64,000 nucleotides of DNA from ANME-2 cluster archaeon (lineage in GTDB: Archaea > Halobacteriota > Methanosarcinia > Methanosarcinales > Methanocomedenaceae). Location: the NCBI GenBank assembly GCA_014237145.1, contig JAAXOC010000089.1, positions 6,324 to 70,323 on the forward strand. Direction: 5' to 3'. Position 1 is the stretch's first letter, and each line of letters starts with the position of its first letter. The notes below the pieces were generated by a model, which saw nothing but the letters and a program-made list of their open reading frames with translations, was not told where the DNA came from and did no database searches. The translations under genes were made by a program, and so were the position numbers. Of this stretch, positions 16,436 through 26,721 are shown piece after piece.

Positions 16436-16732
16436 CTATTTACTACTTCTTCCGTAACTTCCAGTACTAAAGCCAATATTCTTAAAAAAAAGTTCTATTT
16501 GAGAAGTTGATAAATCTTGCTGTATTATTCCAAATGGACCTAATATTTCTTTCCAAACCCATTTTATAGGAAGTCGCTTTCCTTCTAAAGTCTCAACATA
16601 AGCTTTCATCGCCCTCATTCCTGGTGTTTTCCAATTTTTTTCATCTTCAATCCATATTGGGAAATCAGACATTCTCATTAGATGCTTTAACACCTTATTC
16701 CATTCTTGAGTGTATCCGTTTATTCTACTCAT
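16436..16732 (-). CDS. Hypothetical protein
   Basis: 98 aa ORF in the AT-rich island. No motif recognised. Confidence 0.35.
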   Translation of the reverse strand: MSRINGYTQEWNKVLKHLMRMSDFPIWIEDEKNWKTPGMRAMKAYVETLEGKRLPIKWVWKEILGPFGIIQQDLSTSQIELFFKNIGFSTGSYGRSSK

Positions 16733-17101
16733 TTATATTTCTCCAAATTATAGGCATAACGAAATTATAAAATATAATGCATAGATATTGAATTACATAA
16801 AATTTCATAGCCTATAATCTATTATGAAGCTAATGCCGTAAATATTTATCGGCTCTCAAATATTTTATAAAAATAGTTAATGCTATTGAATATTTTAATT
16901 ATTTATTGCCTATAATAATAGGTATATACTCAATTTAATCTTTTACAATTATCTAAACAGAAATCCTCCATCCTGCAGTCACTATACCCTTGACTTAACT
17001 ACCGTATGCCTGTACAAAATACCTGCCGCCCGTTTTTCCATTTCGTCCGTTAATACAGATTTTCATAATTTCCCCCTAACTATGAAACCACCAGCACCCA
17101 G

Positions 17102-18379
17102 TCACCCCTTTCTCGGGTCAGTAATCTCGCCCGTAAGTGCAGACGCCGCTGCAGTGGCCGGAGAAGAAAGATACACAAAAGCTTTGGCACTGCCCTGCCT
17201 GCCCTGGAAATTACGGTTAGACGTGGCAAGCCCTACCTCGCCGTCACCCAGCAGCCCGAAACTGCCGCCCATACAGGGTCCGCAGCAGGGACTCTCAACA
17301 ATTGCGCCAGCCTCCATGAACTGCTCGACCAGTCCAGCACGCAGCACCTTCATATACTCGGTGCGGGACGCCGGGATGACCAGCAGCCGCACACCTTTTG
17401 CCACAGGCTCATCACCCATGATGTCGGCTGCGATCTTGATATCCTCGAACCTGCCATTGGTGCAGGAACCCAGAAGTACCTGGTCGATATGGGTGCCCTC
17501 CACTTCCTCCACAGATTTCACATTGTCCACATTATGGGGACATGCCACCTGGGGCGGCAGGTCTGAGATGTCATATTCACGGAACTCGGCATATCCGCAC
17601 CCCTCATCGCTCTTCCAGTTGGAGTCAAGAGTGAAGCCGGGAATGCGTTCTTTCAGGTAATCTTCAGTAGTAGCGTCTGGCTCGATAATACCAGCCTTGC
17701 CGCCCATCTCAATTGCCATGTTGCTGATGGTCATGCGCTGGCTGATATCCAGGCTCATTATTGCCTTGCCGCCATACTCTGCCGCCATATACATAGCACC
17801 ATCGGCACCCACATCCCCTATCAGGTGCAGGATGATATCCTTGCTGTACACCTTATCAGGCAGACGTCCGTTCACCTCGAACCTGATGGTCTGCGGCACC
17901 TTGAACCACAGCTTGCCTGTAGCGAAAACCGCAGCCATGTCCGTACTTCCTATGCCTGTGGAAAATGCTCCCAGCGAGCCGTAAGCACAGGTATGACTGT
18001 CACTGCCCACCACAAGGTCACCGGGTTTGGCCCAGCCCTTTTCCGGCACAACCTGGTGGCACACACCCTCAAAGACGTCATAGTTGGTGATGCCCTGTTC
18101 GGATGCGAACTTTCTAAGCATGATATGGTTCTCTGCCGCATTCAGCGAATCGGCAGGTACCTGGTGGTCGAACAGGATCACGATCTTGTCAGGGTCCCAG
18201 ACCTTTGGCTCGGCTTTGTCCTTCATGATCTCCTTGAAACCCTGCACAGCCAGAGGTCCGGTGATATCGTGGGTCATAGCGCAGTCAATGTCTGCCATAA
18301 CAAATTCGCCGGCCCTGACTGGCCTGCCTGAAGCTTTTGAAAAGATCTTTTCTGTAATAGTGAGATTATCAGTAGTCAT
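17102..18379 (-). CDS. Aconitase-family dehydratase large subunit (homoaconitase HacA or 3-isopropylmalate dehydratase LeuC type)
   Basis: 425 aa. [32 protein letters not shown] and CCGPCMGG Fe-S ligand motifs, plus the archaeal short large-subunit architecture. Confidence 0.85.
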   Translation of the reverse strand: MTTDNLTITEKIFSKASGRPVRAGEFVMADIDCAMTHDITGPLAVQGFKEIMKDKAEPKVWDPDKIVILFDHQVPADSLNAAENHIMLRKFASEQGITNYDVFEGVCHQVVPEKGWAKPGDLVVGSDSHTCAYGSLGAFSTGIGSTDMAAVFATGKLWFKVPQTIRFEVNGRLPDKVYSKDIILHLIGDVGADGAMYMAAEYGGKAIMSLDISQRMTISNMAIEMGGKAGIIEPDATTEDYLKERIPGFTLDSNWKSDEGCGYAEFREYDISDLPPQVACPHNVDNVKSVEEVEGTHIDQVLLGSCTNGRFEDIKIAADIMGDEPVAKGVRLLVIPASRTEYMKVLRAGLVEQFMEAGAIVESPCCGPCMGGSFGLLGDGEVGLATSNRNFQGRQGSAKAFVYLSSPATAAASALTGEITDPRKG

Positions 18380-18431
18380 AGGATGAATATATAGGGGCGG
18401 AAATATAATAAAATTATTGCAGCACGGTTGA

Positions 18432-18674
18432 TCATGACTCTCTTTTCACGATCTTCCTTACCTTTCGTCCCTTGAAATTAATGCCGCCTACCAGTTTGAC
18501 GCCTGGTTTTTTCTTGATGATATCCACATGGGCACTATCGAAACTGGCAATGATACTACGTTTCACAACCATATTGACATTCCCGCCTAAACTTGTAAGT
18601 GTTTTAAGAATATGTTCCACTTCAGTAGGAGAAATACTATCATTAAGGCTGATCAAATAGGTTTCAAAAACCAT
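18432..18674 (-). CDS. Small hypothetical protein, last gene of the PASTA operon
   Basis: 80 aa. The alternating beta-alpha pattern [28 protein letters not shown]...[20 protein letters not shown] weakly recalls a propeptide-like or ferredoxin-like fold. Basic tail. Starts 12 nt after the upstream gene. Confidence 0.4.
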   Translation of the reverse strand: MVFETYLISLNDSISPTEVEHILKTLTSLGGNVNMVVKRSIIASFDSAHVDIIKKKPGVKLVGGINFKGRKVRKIVKRES

Positions 18675-18686
18675 GGTTTATGTATC

Positions 18687-20432
18687 CTATTGTGCCAGTT
18701 CAACCCATCGATTCACTGCATCCTGTTTAAGGGAATAATCCACGGGAACCTCTACTTTACCTGAAGCAATCGCCTCTTTGCATAAATTGTACAGGTCACC
18801 GGCTTTTGCATTCTTCAGCGAATCAACAGAATATATCCCAGCCGCCTTTACCAGGAGTTCGGCTGATTGCCTGTCAATCCCCAAACTGCCAAGTTGTGAA
18901 GCGCTGTCAATGAGTTTTGCCATGGAAATGAATTTCGTTGCAGTACTTTTGCCAACCAGTTCACCCACAGTTTCAGTATCTGCAACAGCCAGGTCTTTGA
19001 TGGTATTGATGCCTATGTCCTTCAGTTTTGAACCTCTTTCAGGTCCGATACCTTCGATCATTTCAATATCCTGGTTTGCCACTACCAGGTCCAATGGCAT
19101 TCCTGCATCAACCTCTGTACCAGCCTTTGGATTCTGGTCCAGGACAGTACCTGTACCCAGGGTACTTGTGCGTTTAATGATCCTTCCTATTCTCAATTCC
19201 TTGTTTTCCAGTATGGTCCTGGCTTCATTGATGAGCTTTCCAGTGACATCCGGAACTTTAAGGGCTTCAATAATAGAGATTACCAGATCCACACATTCAC
19301 CTTCCAGAACCGCTGTACCTGCTGACGGGTCCTGTTCAAGTACCGCATCTGCTTTTTCAGTACTGACCTGCTTTACGATATTCCCAGGTTTCAGTTTTGC
19401 TGAACGTATCAGGTATTTTGCCATATCCAGCTTTTTACCGATAAGTCCGGGAACCTCTACAGTTTCTCTCGCTGCTATTATAATGTCAACATGTGTACCA
19501 ATCAATGTGGTTGTTCCTGCCTCAATACTTTGGATTAGAATGGTTCCTGATGTGGATTTTGATGATTGCTCTGTAATTTCTCCCACTTCAAGCTGGCTGT
19601 TTATAAGAACCTCTTCTCCACTGTCAATATCAAGCCCCACGATATTTGGCATTTCCACATAAATGATCTTCGAGACAGTTATGTCAATGGCAGCCCCGGG
19701 CATTGCTAATGAGCAAGCTGAGGGCATCTGGTCAATGACCGTACCTTGAGGTGAATTACTATTCTTCTCACTGGTCGTACCCGGTTTGAAACCAGCATCA
19801 GTTATTGCATACTCTGCCTCTTCCAGGGTCATTCCTGTGAGGTCTGGTACTTCAATATATTCAGAAAGATCAGGTTCTTTAGGTGTTGATCTTATTGTGA
19901 ATTCAATCGTGCTGAGATTTTCAGGAGGGATGATATCATCCGGCTTAGGCAGCTGGAACTGGAGTTCATTATCTTCTAAGGAAAGGTTTGTCCTTAGTTT
20001 CACATTCATGCTGCTGATAATGTAGTTTGCTTTTGACTCTGGTTCAGTAAGTTTTCCGGCCATGCTGTCCAGGGATTGCCTGAACGTGGTTACCAGATTT
20101 CTCGATGGAATCTGTGCTCGCTCTTGCTGGAGTATCCGGATATTATTTTCGAGGTTTGCTTTTTCCTCTAACAATCCGGCAATTTGGTTCGACCGGACAA
20201 TGTTCTCCTGTTCGAGCACGATTTTCTCAGATATGATAGTATTGTTATTATTTCTCAGCTCGTTTATCAGTGTATCCTTGTTTTGCAGCTCAACTTCCAC
20301 ATTATCAATGGTATTGCGGACTTCGATGAGACTTGTCTCATCAATTTCCTTTGCAGCCCGTAGGTTTTCCAGGTTTTGTCGAAGATTAGTAATGAAAGTC
20401 ATATCATCCTTACCGTACCTGTATCTATTCAT
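18687..20432 (-). CDS. Coiled-coil protein with four PASTA-like repeats and C-terminal helix-hairpin-helix repeats
   Basis: 581 aa. N-terminal heptad-rich region of about 110 aa. Four repeats of about 65 aa each, beginning IEVPDLTGMTLEEAE, VEMPNIVGLDIDSGE, VEVPGLIGKKLDMAK and LKVPDVTGKLINEAR, each ending with a G..(V/I)D(L/I).V pattern. C-terminal IEGIGPERGSKLKDIGINTIKDLA and GIDRQSAELLVKAAGIYSVDSL. No signal peptide or TM segment. Confidence 0.6.
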   Translation of the reverse strand: MNRYRYGKDDMTFITNLRQNLENLRAAKEIDETSLIEVRNTIDNVEVELQNKDTLINELRNNNNTIISEKIVLEQENIVRSNQIAGLLEEKANLENNIRILQQERAQIPSRNLVTTFRQSLDSMAGKLTEPESKANYIISSMNVKLRTNLSLEDNELQFQLPKPDDIIPPENLSTIEFTIRSTPKEPDLSEYIEVPDLTGMTLEEAEYAITDAGFKPGTTSEKNSNSPQGTVIDQMPSACSLAMPGAAIDITVSKIIYVEMPNIVGLDIDSGEEVLINSQLEVGEITEQSSKSTSGTILIQSIEAGTTTLIGTHVDIIIAARETVEVPGLIGKKLDMAKYLIRSAKLKPGNIVKQVSTEKADAVLEQDPSAGTAVLEGECVDLVISIIEALKVPDVTGKLINEARTILENKELRIGRIIKRTSTLGTGTVLDQNPKAGTEVDAGMPLDLVVANQDIEMIEGIGPERGSKLKDIGINTIKDLAVADTETVGELVGKSTATKFISMAKLIDSASQLGSLGIDRQSAELLVKAAGIYSVDSLKNAKAGDLYNLCKEAIASGKVEVPVDYSLKQDAVNRWVELAQ

Positions 20433-20832
20433 TCACAATTTGGCTGGAAGGCGGGATTGAAACAAATTTGGCTTTTACAGTACTTGCCCCTTCCACATCA
20501 TATTCATGATAGCTTTTATATGATGCATTCAATGGTGCTGCATGTAATTTAGACCGATAACCACGAACTACTCCCTTTGAATCCTTTTCCTCTTTATATT
20601 TCATTGTGAGTGCCATTTTGAGTTCAAGTTCTACCTCAGGAATATGATGCCATGTAGCCTGGATGTCATATTGGCTCAAAATCTCATCGTTATCAATAGC
20701 AAGCTGGGTGTCAATGGAATTTCTATCCATTGCCTGTTGTGTTTCGGAAATGGATTTCCCGACTTCTGTGATTATCCTGGATAATGGATTTACCAATACT
20801 TCCGAGATTATCTTTGTATTACTATTGGCCAT
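20425..20832 (-). CDS. Hypothetical protein, paralog of 20874..21482
   Basis: 135 aa. Shares with the upstream gene an N-terminal helix (LSRIITEVGKSISETQQAMDRNSI), the strand motif EVELELKMALTMK, and a C-terminal Y-rich segment ending PPSS. Overlaps the downstream gene by 8 nt. Confidence 0.5.
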   Translation of the reverse strand: MANSNTKIISEVLVNPLSRIITEVGKSISETQQAMDRNSIDTQLAIDNDEILSQYDIQATWHHIPEVELELKMALTMKYKEEKDSKGVVRGYRSKLHAAPLNASYKSYHEYDVEGASTVKAKFVSIPPSSQIVNE

Positions 20833-20873
20833 GATTGTATCTCCAAAAAAAATAAATGGGGAGGAGATAACTG

Positions 20874-21482
20874 TTATGCGGATGCTTCGATTACTTTTAC
20901 TGTGGGTATTACTCTGGATGGGGGGGGTACAGGCTTTAATGTGGTACGCAGCAGGCTTGTGCCCGATTCTTTGAATGAATACTTGGAATTGTATTTTGCA
21001 TCGTAGGTTGATGAATATGCCACAGTTGTGGTATTTTCAAATTTTGTAGATGCTTTACCGAACAGAAAACTGGTCAAACCACCAGTACTAATCTTACCGC
21101 TTACTTTACTTGTGTTCGTTAAATTGAATTCCCTTCCGTATTTTTTCTCAGTCGACATTTCCCTTTTCATTGAGATAGCCATCTTTACCTCAATGATAGA
21201 TTCAGTAAATTCATAGAACCTGGGTTCAAGACCATAGGTGAGCAATGACATGGGCGCATCATTAGTAACCACATCAGTTGCTGTGACATTGCCGTCGTCA
21301 TCAACAGTTTCTTCAATGTACATCACCACGCTTCCTACTTCCAGTTCCGTGTCTGCGAGTGCCTGCGCGACTTTTACTGAGTTCATATCAAGGGCCATCT
21401 GTCCCTCTGCAATAGCGAGGGCCATTTCTCTTATCATTTCACCAAAGGGAACGTTTAATAATTCTTGTCCAACTGAAACCAT
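20874..21482 (-). CDS. Hypothetical protein, first gene of the PASTA operon
   Basis: 202 aa. FGEMIREMALAIAEGQMALDMNSV, ESIIEVKMAISMK and C-terminal LKPVPPPSRV. No signal peptide. Confidence 0.5.
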   Translation of the reverse strand: MVSVGQELLNVPFGEMIREMALAIAEGQMALDMNSVKVAQALADTELEVGSVVMYIEETVDDDGNVTATDVVTNDAPMSLLTYGLEPRFYEFTESIIEVKMAISMKREMSTEKKYGREFNLTNTSKVSGKISTGGLTSFLFGKASTKFENTTTVAYSSTYDAKYNSKYSFKESGTSLLRTTLKPVPPPSRVIPTVKVIEASA

Positions 21483-21631
21483 TCTTTAACTCTCCTTAAA
21501 ACAACTTAGTTAATTTGTGTAATAATTATAGATTTTTAAATACTTATATCTTTTGATTGATTTGATTATTTGTTAGAACTTGTGATAATTTTATAACAGC
21601 GTTCGATCAGGCAAAATACTGATTAAATTCT

Positions 21632-22258
21632 TTACACGGCAATAACTTCCTGCTGCCCGATTACATTATACAGTGCCACTACAAAGGAGAACTGCAACAG
21701 TATCAGCAGGTACAGCACTCCCAGCGCCACATGCCCTTGTGTCAGTACCAGCGAGAACAGGGTGCCGAAAACAAACGGCAGCACATATCCCACACGTTCG
21801 TACCGCTTAAGCCTGATGCATACCTTTGCCTCCAGTCTGAACAGCCATTTCAGCAGACTCCTCATGCCCTTTTTCTTAGCGAACCTGAAGATGAGGTACA
21901 TTGGTATGGTAATAAAGAAAAAATAGATGAATATGATAATGCCGTAAAGCAGTACGAGGAGCATTACGAACGACATAGGTATCATGATGCCGATAAGACC
22001 TGGAATCTCTTTGAGCTTGACTCCCCTGTGGTCAAGAAAAATCACCATATTTTTACCCGTATGTATCCTTTTGAAGAATAGCCTCAGGATAAGGCCCAGC
22101 ATGGCAAATACAGGAATTATGATGAGCAGGGCACTGATAACATTGCCAACCGGATCCTCATGGTTCCTGATGCCGATGGTAAAGGGATATGTAACCAGCT
22201 GGGCCAGGAGCAGGACTATGGGAAGATTAATGTCTTCAAGTTTTTTTAGGTAGCCCAT
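21632..22258 (-). CDS. Polytopic membrane protein, unknown function
   Basis: I prefer the start at MGYLKKLED (22258), which avoids overlap with the cupin gene. At least five hydrophobic segments. Confidence 0.5.
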   Translation of the reverse strand: MGYLKKLEDINLPIVLLLAQLVTYPFTIGIRNHEDPVGNVISALLIIIPVFAMLGLILRLFFKRIHTGKNMVIFLDHRGVKLKEIPGLIGIMIPMSFVMLLVLLYGIIIFIYFFFITIPMYLIFRFAKKKGMRSLLKWLFRLEAKVCIRLKRYERVGYVLPFVFGTLFSLVLTQGHVALGVLYLLILLQFSFVVALYNVIGQQEVIAV

Positions 22259-22274
22259 GCCCCTCCATCCTGCC

Positions 22275-22598
22275 CTACGCCAGCATGCAGGCAGTCTGCT
22301 TGTGCCTGAATACAAGGAACACGGCCGGTTTTTCTGAGTTGGTCCTGTGCCGCACTCCGGCAGGCACCAGTATACCAGTGCCGGATTTCAGCTCAATGGT
22401 AGAATTGTCTGATTCAATGACAACTTCTCCCTTCTGGTGAAGGAAGAACTCGTCGTAATCGTGGACGTACCATTTGCCTTTACCCTCACAAAGCACGGCG
22501 CGAAGCAGCGAGTCGTCAATGAACACCATATCATGGGGGCAGCGGGGCGATTCCAGTTTGCTTACTTCCTTTTCAAAATCAATGACCTGTATATCCAT
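22275..22598 (-). CDS. Cupin-domain protein
   Basis: 107 aa. WYVHDYDEFFLHQKGEVVI...GILVPAGVRHRT fits the two-motif cupin pattern. Confidence 0.65.
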   Translation of the reverse strand: MDIQVIDFEKEVSKLESPRCPHDMVFIDDSLLRAVLCEGKGKWYVHDYDEFFLHQKGEVVIESDNSTIELKSGTGILVPAGVRHRTNSEKPAVFLVFRHKQTACMLA

Positions 22599-22743
22599 CT
22601 ACAATTCTCCGTTTCTTAAACAATCAATACCTTCTTAATTATAATATTATCCTGAAGTCAGGAGGGTTTTTATCAGGATAACACTCCAGTTTTTCATTGA
22701 ACGTTAATGTTATATTTGTAAAAAATAGACAAAATGCCACGAA

Positions 22744-23454
22744 ATGAAAAAAACTGCCCGTACTGCCCCCAGATATGATGTGATGTTTGGTGACGGCAAA
22801 TTCAACGCCACTCTCCTGATAGGACCTGACCCTTTCGGTGCTTTTTATGATTATAGTGTCTTCCAGGGGGCCAGGCTCAAACTTAAGAAAAACGGTTTTG
22901 AACTTACCGGACACAAGGTCGGGATGGATACCTTTGAAACTGTGTTTAACTATAATGGTAACAGTATCAGGGCACGAATACGACTGGTCCATGGCCGGAG
23001 TTATTCAGGGGATCTGCAGGAACTCTGGCGGGAATCACTGGCGTATGAGGACATGGTATATCTTAAAAGCCATGCAGGATACGGGAAACACTTGAGCCTG
23101 AGCGATGATGTGAACTGCTTTACCGATGCCATGAAGGAAGGATTCAGTCATCCGGACAGGAAATCATACCAGTTGTATTACCTTGATTGCTGCAAGAGTG
23201 AGATGTATTACAGGGACCTGTTCCGGGAGTATGTGGGGTATGAAGGGGTGGACCTGATACTGCATCAGTGGTTCTGCAATTATATTATTATCGGGCCCGT
23301 TGTGGTACTGTTGAGGGAATTGATGGCAGGGTCGGATTTTGAGACAATTGTGGCAGAGATGAACGATGAGTACGGGGTGCCACATGTAGACGTGGAGGAC
23401 GACCCAGAGGATTTGAAGCAGGACCGTAAGATGGTTACTTATTGTGTGGGTTAA
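22744..23454 (+). CDS. Hypothetical protein with a caspase-like His/Cys dyad spacing
   Basis: 236 aa. VYLKSHAGYG followed about 40 residues later by YYLDCCKS, the layout of the caspase/hemoglobinase fold catalytic dyad. The call is tentative. Confidence 0.35.
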   Translation: MKKTARTAPRYDVMFGDGKFNATLLIGPDPFGAFYDYSVFQGARLKLKKNGFELTGHKVGMDTFETVFNYNGNSIRARIRLVHGRSYSGDLQELWRESLAYEDMVYLKSHAGYGKHLSLSDDVNCFTDAMKEGFSHPDRKSYQLYYLDCCKSEMYYRDLFREYVGYEGVDLILHQWFCNYIIIGPVVVLLRELMAGSDFETIVAEMNDEYGVPHVDVEDDPEDLKQDRKMVTYCVG

Positions 23455-23976
23455 TGGTGGCTAAACCAGGAAAATAAAAAATTAGTACTTCATAAAACCC
23501 TTGCTTCCGAATTAGTATACATTTTCTTACTGTATAGATCTTTAAGATTACGTACTCAGGTAAATCCGGGTGATGGGAGGTTTTTCTTGTAATTTTGTGG
23601 AAAAAAAGGGAGTGTAAAATATTCCTATATTGGTTTTCCAAATTGAGTAAAAGTGCTCCAATCATAAGTGCTCCAATCATAATGATTAAAGCGTATCTAC
23701 ATGTACATTCCTAAAGTTTCAATCTATATATAAAAGTAGGTGAGATTATAAAAAGTTACATTAATATACTATTATTAATATAATGTTATTACAAATATAT
23801 AGCACAATATAATTTCCAGTTATTATAAAGCATCAATTAACAGTGATTTGCACCGATTTCGATTTGTATCGGCATAAGTCCAGATAATATGAGTATGCGA
23901 CAAATGCCAAAATAACTGTATTTTAAAACAGTGCCAAAATATTCAAATCTATTATTCGAAATGGCTGTGATTTAAC

Positions 23977-25281
23977 ATGGAAAAAACAAAAATCATACTT
24001 GACGAAAACGAGCTTCCTAATCAATGGTACAACATACTGCCAGACCTTCAGACTCCCCTTGAACCGCCACTGAACCCTGCGACCAACGAGCCTATCGGGC
24101 CGGACGACCTTTCACCCATATTCCCAATGAGTCTCATTAAACAGGAAATGAGCCAGGACAGGTTCATCGACATCCCGGAAGAGGTAAGGGATATTTACCG
24201 CCTGTGGAGACCTTCTCCCATATACAGGGCACACCGCCTGGAAGCTGCCCTCAAGACGCCTGCCAGGATATATTATAAGAATGAAGGAGTAAGCCCGCCA
24301 GGCAGCCATAAGCCCAATACAGCTATCGCCCAGGCATATTTTAATATGAAAGAGGGTGTAGAACGCCTTTCCACCGAAACCGGAGCTGGACAGTGGGGCA
24401 GTGCCCTGTCTTTCGCTTGCTCTTTATTTGACCTTGAATGTAAGGTATATATGGTCAAATCAAGTTTTTACCAGAAACCCTACCGTAAATCCCTAATAAA
24501 CCTGTGGGGTGCTAATGTCATACCCTCACCCAGTATCGAGACACAGGCTGGCAGATCTATCCTTGAAAAACATCCTGATACTTCAGGCAGTCTTGGGATT
24601 GCCATCAGCGAGGCTGTGGAAGATGCCGCAACCCATGACAATACCAAGTATGCACTGGGTAGCGTGTTGAACCACGTTATGCTGCACCAGACAGTGATCG
24701 GCCTGGAAGCGAAACTGCAAATGGATATGGTGGATGATTATCCGGATGTTATTATTGGCTGCGTGGGTGGAGGTAGTAACTTTTCAGGTATCAGCTACCC
24801 ATTCGTTCGCGATAAGATGAAGGATAACAGGGACATTGACATTGTGGCTGTTGAACCAACGGCTTGTCCCAGCCTGACAGGAGGAGATTTCAGGTATGAT
24901 TTCGGGGATACGGCAGAGATGACACCCCTGCTTAAGATGTATACACTGGGACATGATTTTGTGCCGCCTCCAATACATTCAGGCGGGCTGAGATACCATG
25001 GTGAGTCCCCGATCATTAGCCAGCTGTATGCGGATGGTATAATGAGGGCTGTTGCATACCACCAGACCGATATATTTGATGCTGCTGTGACCTTTGCCAG
25101 AACGGAGGGTATTGTACCTGCACCGGAATCGGCCCATGCTATCAAGTGTGCTATTGATATGGCCCTTGAGTGCAAGAAGACTGGCGAGGAAAAGAGCATC
25201 CTGTTCAACTTTAGCGGTCACGGTCATTTCGATATGGCTGCATACGACACTTATTTCAGTGGTGAAATGACAAACGAATAA
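23977..25281 (+). CDS. TrpB2-type tryptophan synthase beta-like PLP enzyme (stand-alone)
   Basis: 434 aa. The long N-terminal extension with [12 protein letters not shown], plus GSHKPNTA and GGGSNFSG motifs, is typical of the TrpB2 subgroup. Confidence 0.85.
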   Translation: MEKTKIILDENELPNQWYNILPDLQTPLEPPLNPATNEPIGPDDLSPIFPMSLIKQEMSQDRFIDIPEEVRDIYRLWRPSPIYRAHRLEAALKTPARIYYKNEGVSPPGSHKPNTAIAQAYFNMKEGVERLSTETGAGQWGSALSFACSLFDLECKVYMVKSSFYQKPYRKSLINLWGANVIPSPSIETQAGRSILEKHPDTSGSLGIAISEAVEDAATHDNTKYALGSVLNHVMLHQTVIGLEAKLQMDMVDDYPDVIIGCVGGGSNFSGISYPFVRDKMKDNRDIDIVAVEPTACPSLTGGDFRYDFGDTAEMTPLLKMYTLGHDFVPPPIHSGGLRYHGESPIISQLYADGIMRAVAYHQTDIFDAAVTFARTEGIVPAPESAHAIKCAIDMALECKKTGEEKSILFNFSGHGHFDMAAYDTYFSGEMTNE

Positions 25282-25355
25282 TATGAGACGGATGCCTGAC
25301 TGGTATCCTTCCCATAACTTTTTAATTTTTGAATACCCTTTTAGCCTGAATATAT

Positions 25356-26642
25356 TTGAAATTCATTAAGAAGATTTTCGGGAAAAAGGAAGTAGCACCT
25401 TCCAAACTGACTCTTAAGTCCAATGAGCTTGCGGCTTGGCTGGAAAAGGAGGGCGAGAGTACATTTGCTGAGCTTGGGGCACATATCGGGCATAAGTATA
25501 CTGAGATCAGTAATGCCCTTGAAGACCTATCTGAAGCAAAAGATCGCCTGGTGGATGCGTCTTTTGGTGAGAAGGTGTATAAGCGCTTAGCCAAGGCTGG
25601 TGCATCTAACCGGGATAATCTTGTAAAGAACCTGGATGTTATTATAGAGAAGACTGCAATCCCTGAGGATACGGACCCGTCTGAAGCATACCAATTCCAC
25701 CTGGATGCTAAATCTGTATTGAATACTTGTCTTGAGAACGCTGTTAGGAGCCAGCAGTATGTCAAGGCGCTTTTTCCTGAGGAATATAAGGATATCTGGG
25801 GCGGGCTGAAGCACCTGGATGTCCTGCTGGATGAGCTTGTTGCTCCTATCAATGAGGTAAAGGATGAACTGGAGGCATATGATAAGCTGCCCGGGGATAT
25901 TGAACTAATCAGGCAGATGCAGCAGCAGATTCCGGCAGGGCAGAAGAACATCAATGAGCTCACTGGCAAGTACGAGACATTGAAGGCTGAACTGGGTTCT
26001 GGAGAGGCGAGGCTGGAAGAGATAGAGGCTGGTGATGAGTTTACCAGGGCACGGGAACTGGAAGAGCAGGCCCGAACCCTTAAGGGTCAGATATCTGAGG
26101 TTGATTCGAATCTGGTGGGTTTGTTTGCTCCATTGTCCAAGGCTCTTTCCAGGATGGAGAAACAGGATGGGAGCGGGCGGCATATTATGTCTGCTGATAG
26201 CAGGAAGGTCCTGAAGATACTGAAAGATGAGCCGGTGTCTGCGCTTGATATTGACCTTACTGGTTTTCTGGTTGAAATGAAGACCAGGGTTGAGGATGGG
26301 AGTCTGGGTCTTAAGCAGCAGAAGATGAACAAGACGCTTGAGCAGATCGATAGGTTGGTTGGAACTGATGTCCTGTCAAGGCTTAAAAGTCAAAGGGAGG
26401 GATATTCTTCTAAACTTACCGGGGTGCGGGTGGAGTTAGAGGGACTTACTGTTTACAGGGAGAAAACACAGGTTGAAGATAGGATTTCTGAGTGCCGGAA
26501 TGTGATGGATTCTACCGGGCAGAAGCTGGATGCTGAGAAGAGGGAAGTTGCAAGGCTGAAGAAGGAAGTTGAGGAATTGAAGTCGGGATTGGATTCTGAT
26601 CTGAGTGAGATTTTTGGGAAGGATATTGAAGTGGGATATTGA
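25356..26642 (+). CDS. Coiled-coil protein, unknown function
   Basis: 428 aa, TTG start per the ORF track. Long E/K/L-rich heptad-like stretches. No enzymatic motif. Confidence 0.45.
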   Translation: MKFIKKIFGKKEVAPSKLTLKSNELAAWLEKEGESTFAELGAHIGHKYTEISNALEDLSEAKDRLVDASFGEKVYKRLAKAGASNRDNLVKNLDVIIEKTAIPEDTDPSEAYQFHLDAKSVLNTCLENAVRSQQYVKALFPEEYKDIWGGLKHLDVLLDELVAPINEVKDELEAYDKLPGDIELIRQMQQQIPAGQKNINELTGKYETLKAELGSGEARLEEIEAGDEFTRARELEEQARTLKGQISEVDSNLVGLFAPLSKALSRMEKQDGSGRHIMSADSRKVLKILKDEPVSALDIDLTGFLVEMKTRVEDGSLGLKQQKMNKTLEQIDRLVGTDVLSRLKSQREGYSSKLTGVRVELEGLTVYREKTQVEDRISECRNVMDSTGQKLDAEKREVARLKKEVEELKSGLDSDLSEIFGKDIEVGY

Positions 26643-26721
26643 TCGTCAGGACTTGAAAAAAAAGATGTGTAGCGCCCGGAATGGACGCCTGGTTTAGTAA
26701 TTTCTGATTCCTATGTGTTTT

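Noticed and set aside
17082-19662. Long plus-strand ORFs 17082..17660, 17825..18331 and 18778..19662
   Set aside because: They are antisense to the aconitase-family gene and the PASTA gene. They are Ser/Pro/Ala-rich with no motifs, which is typical of antisense frames of real genes.
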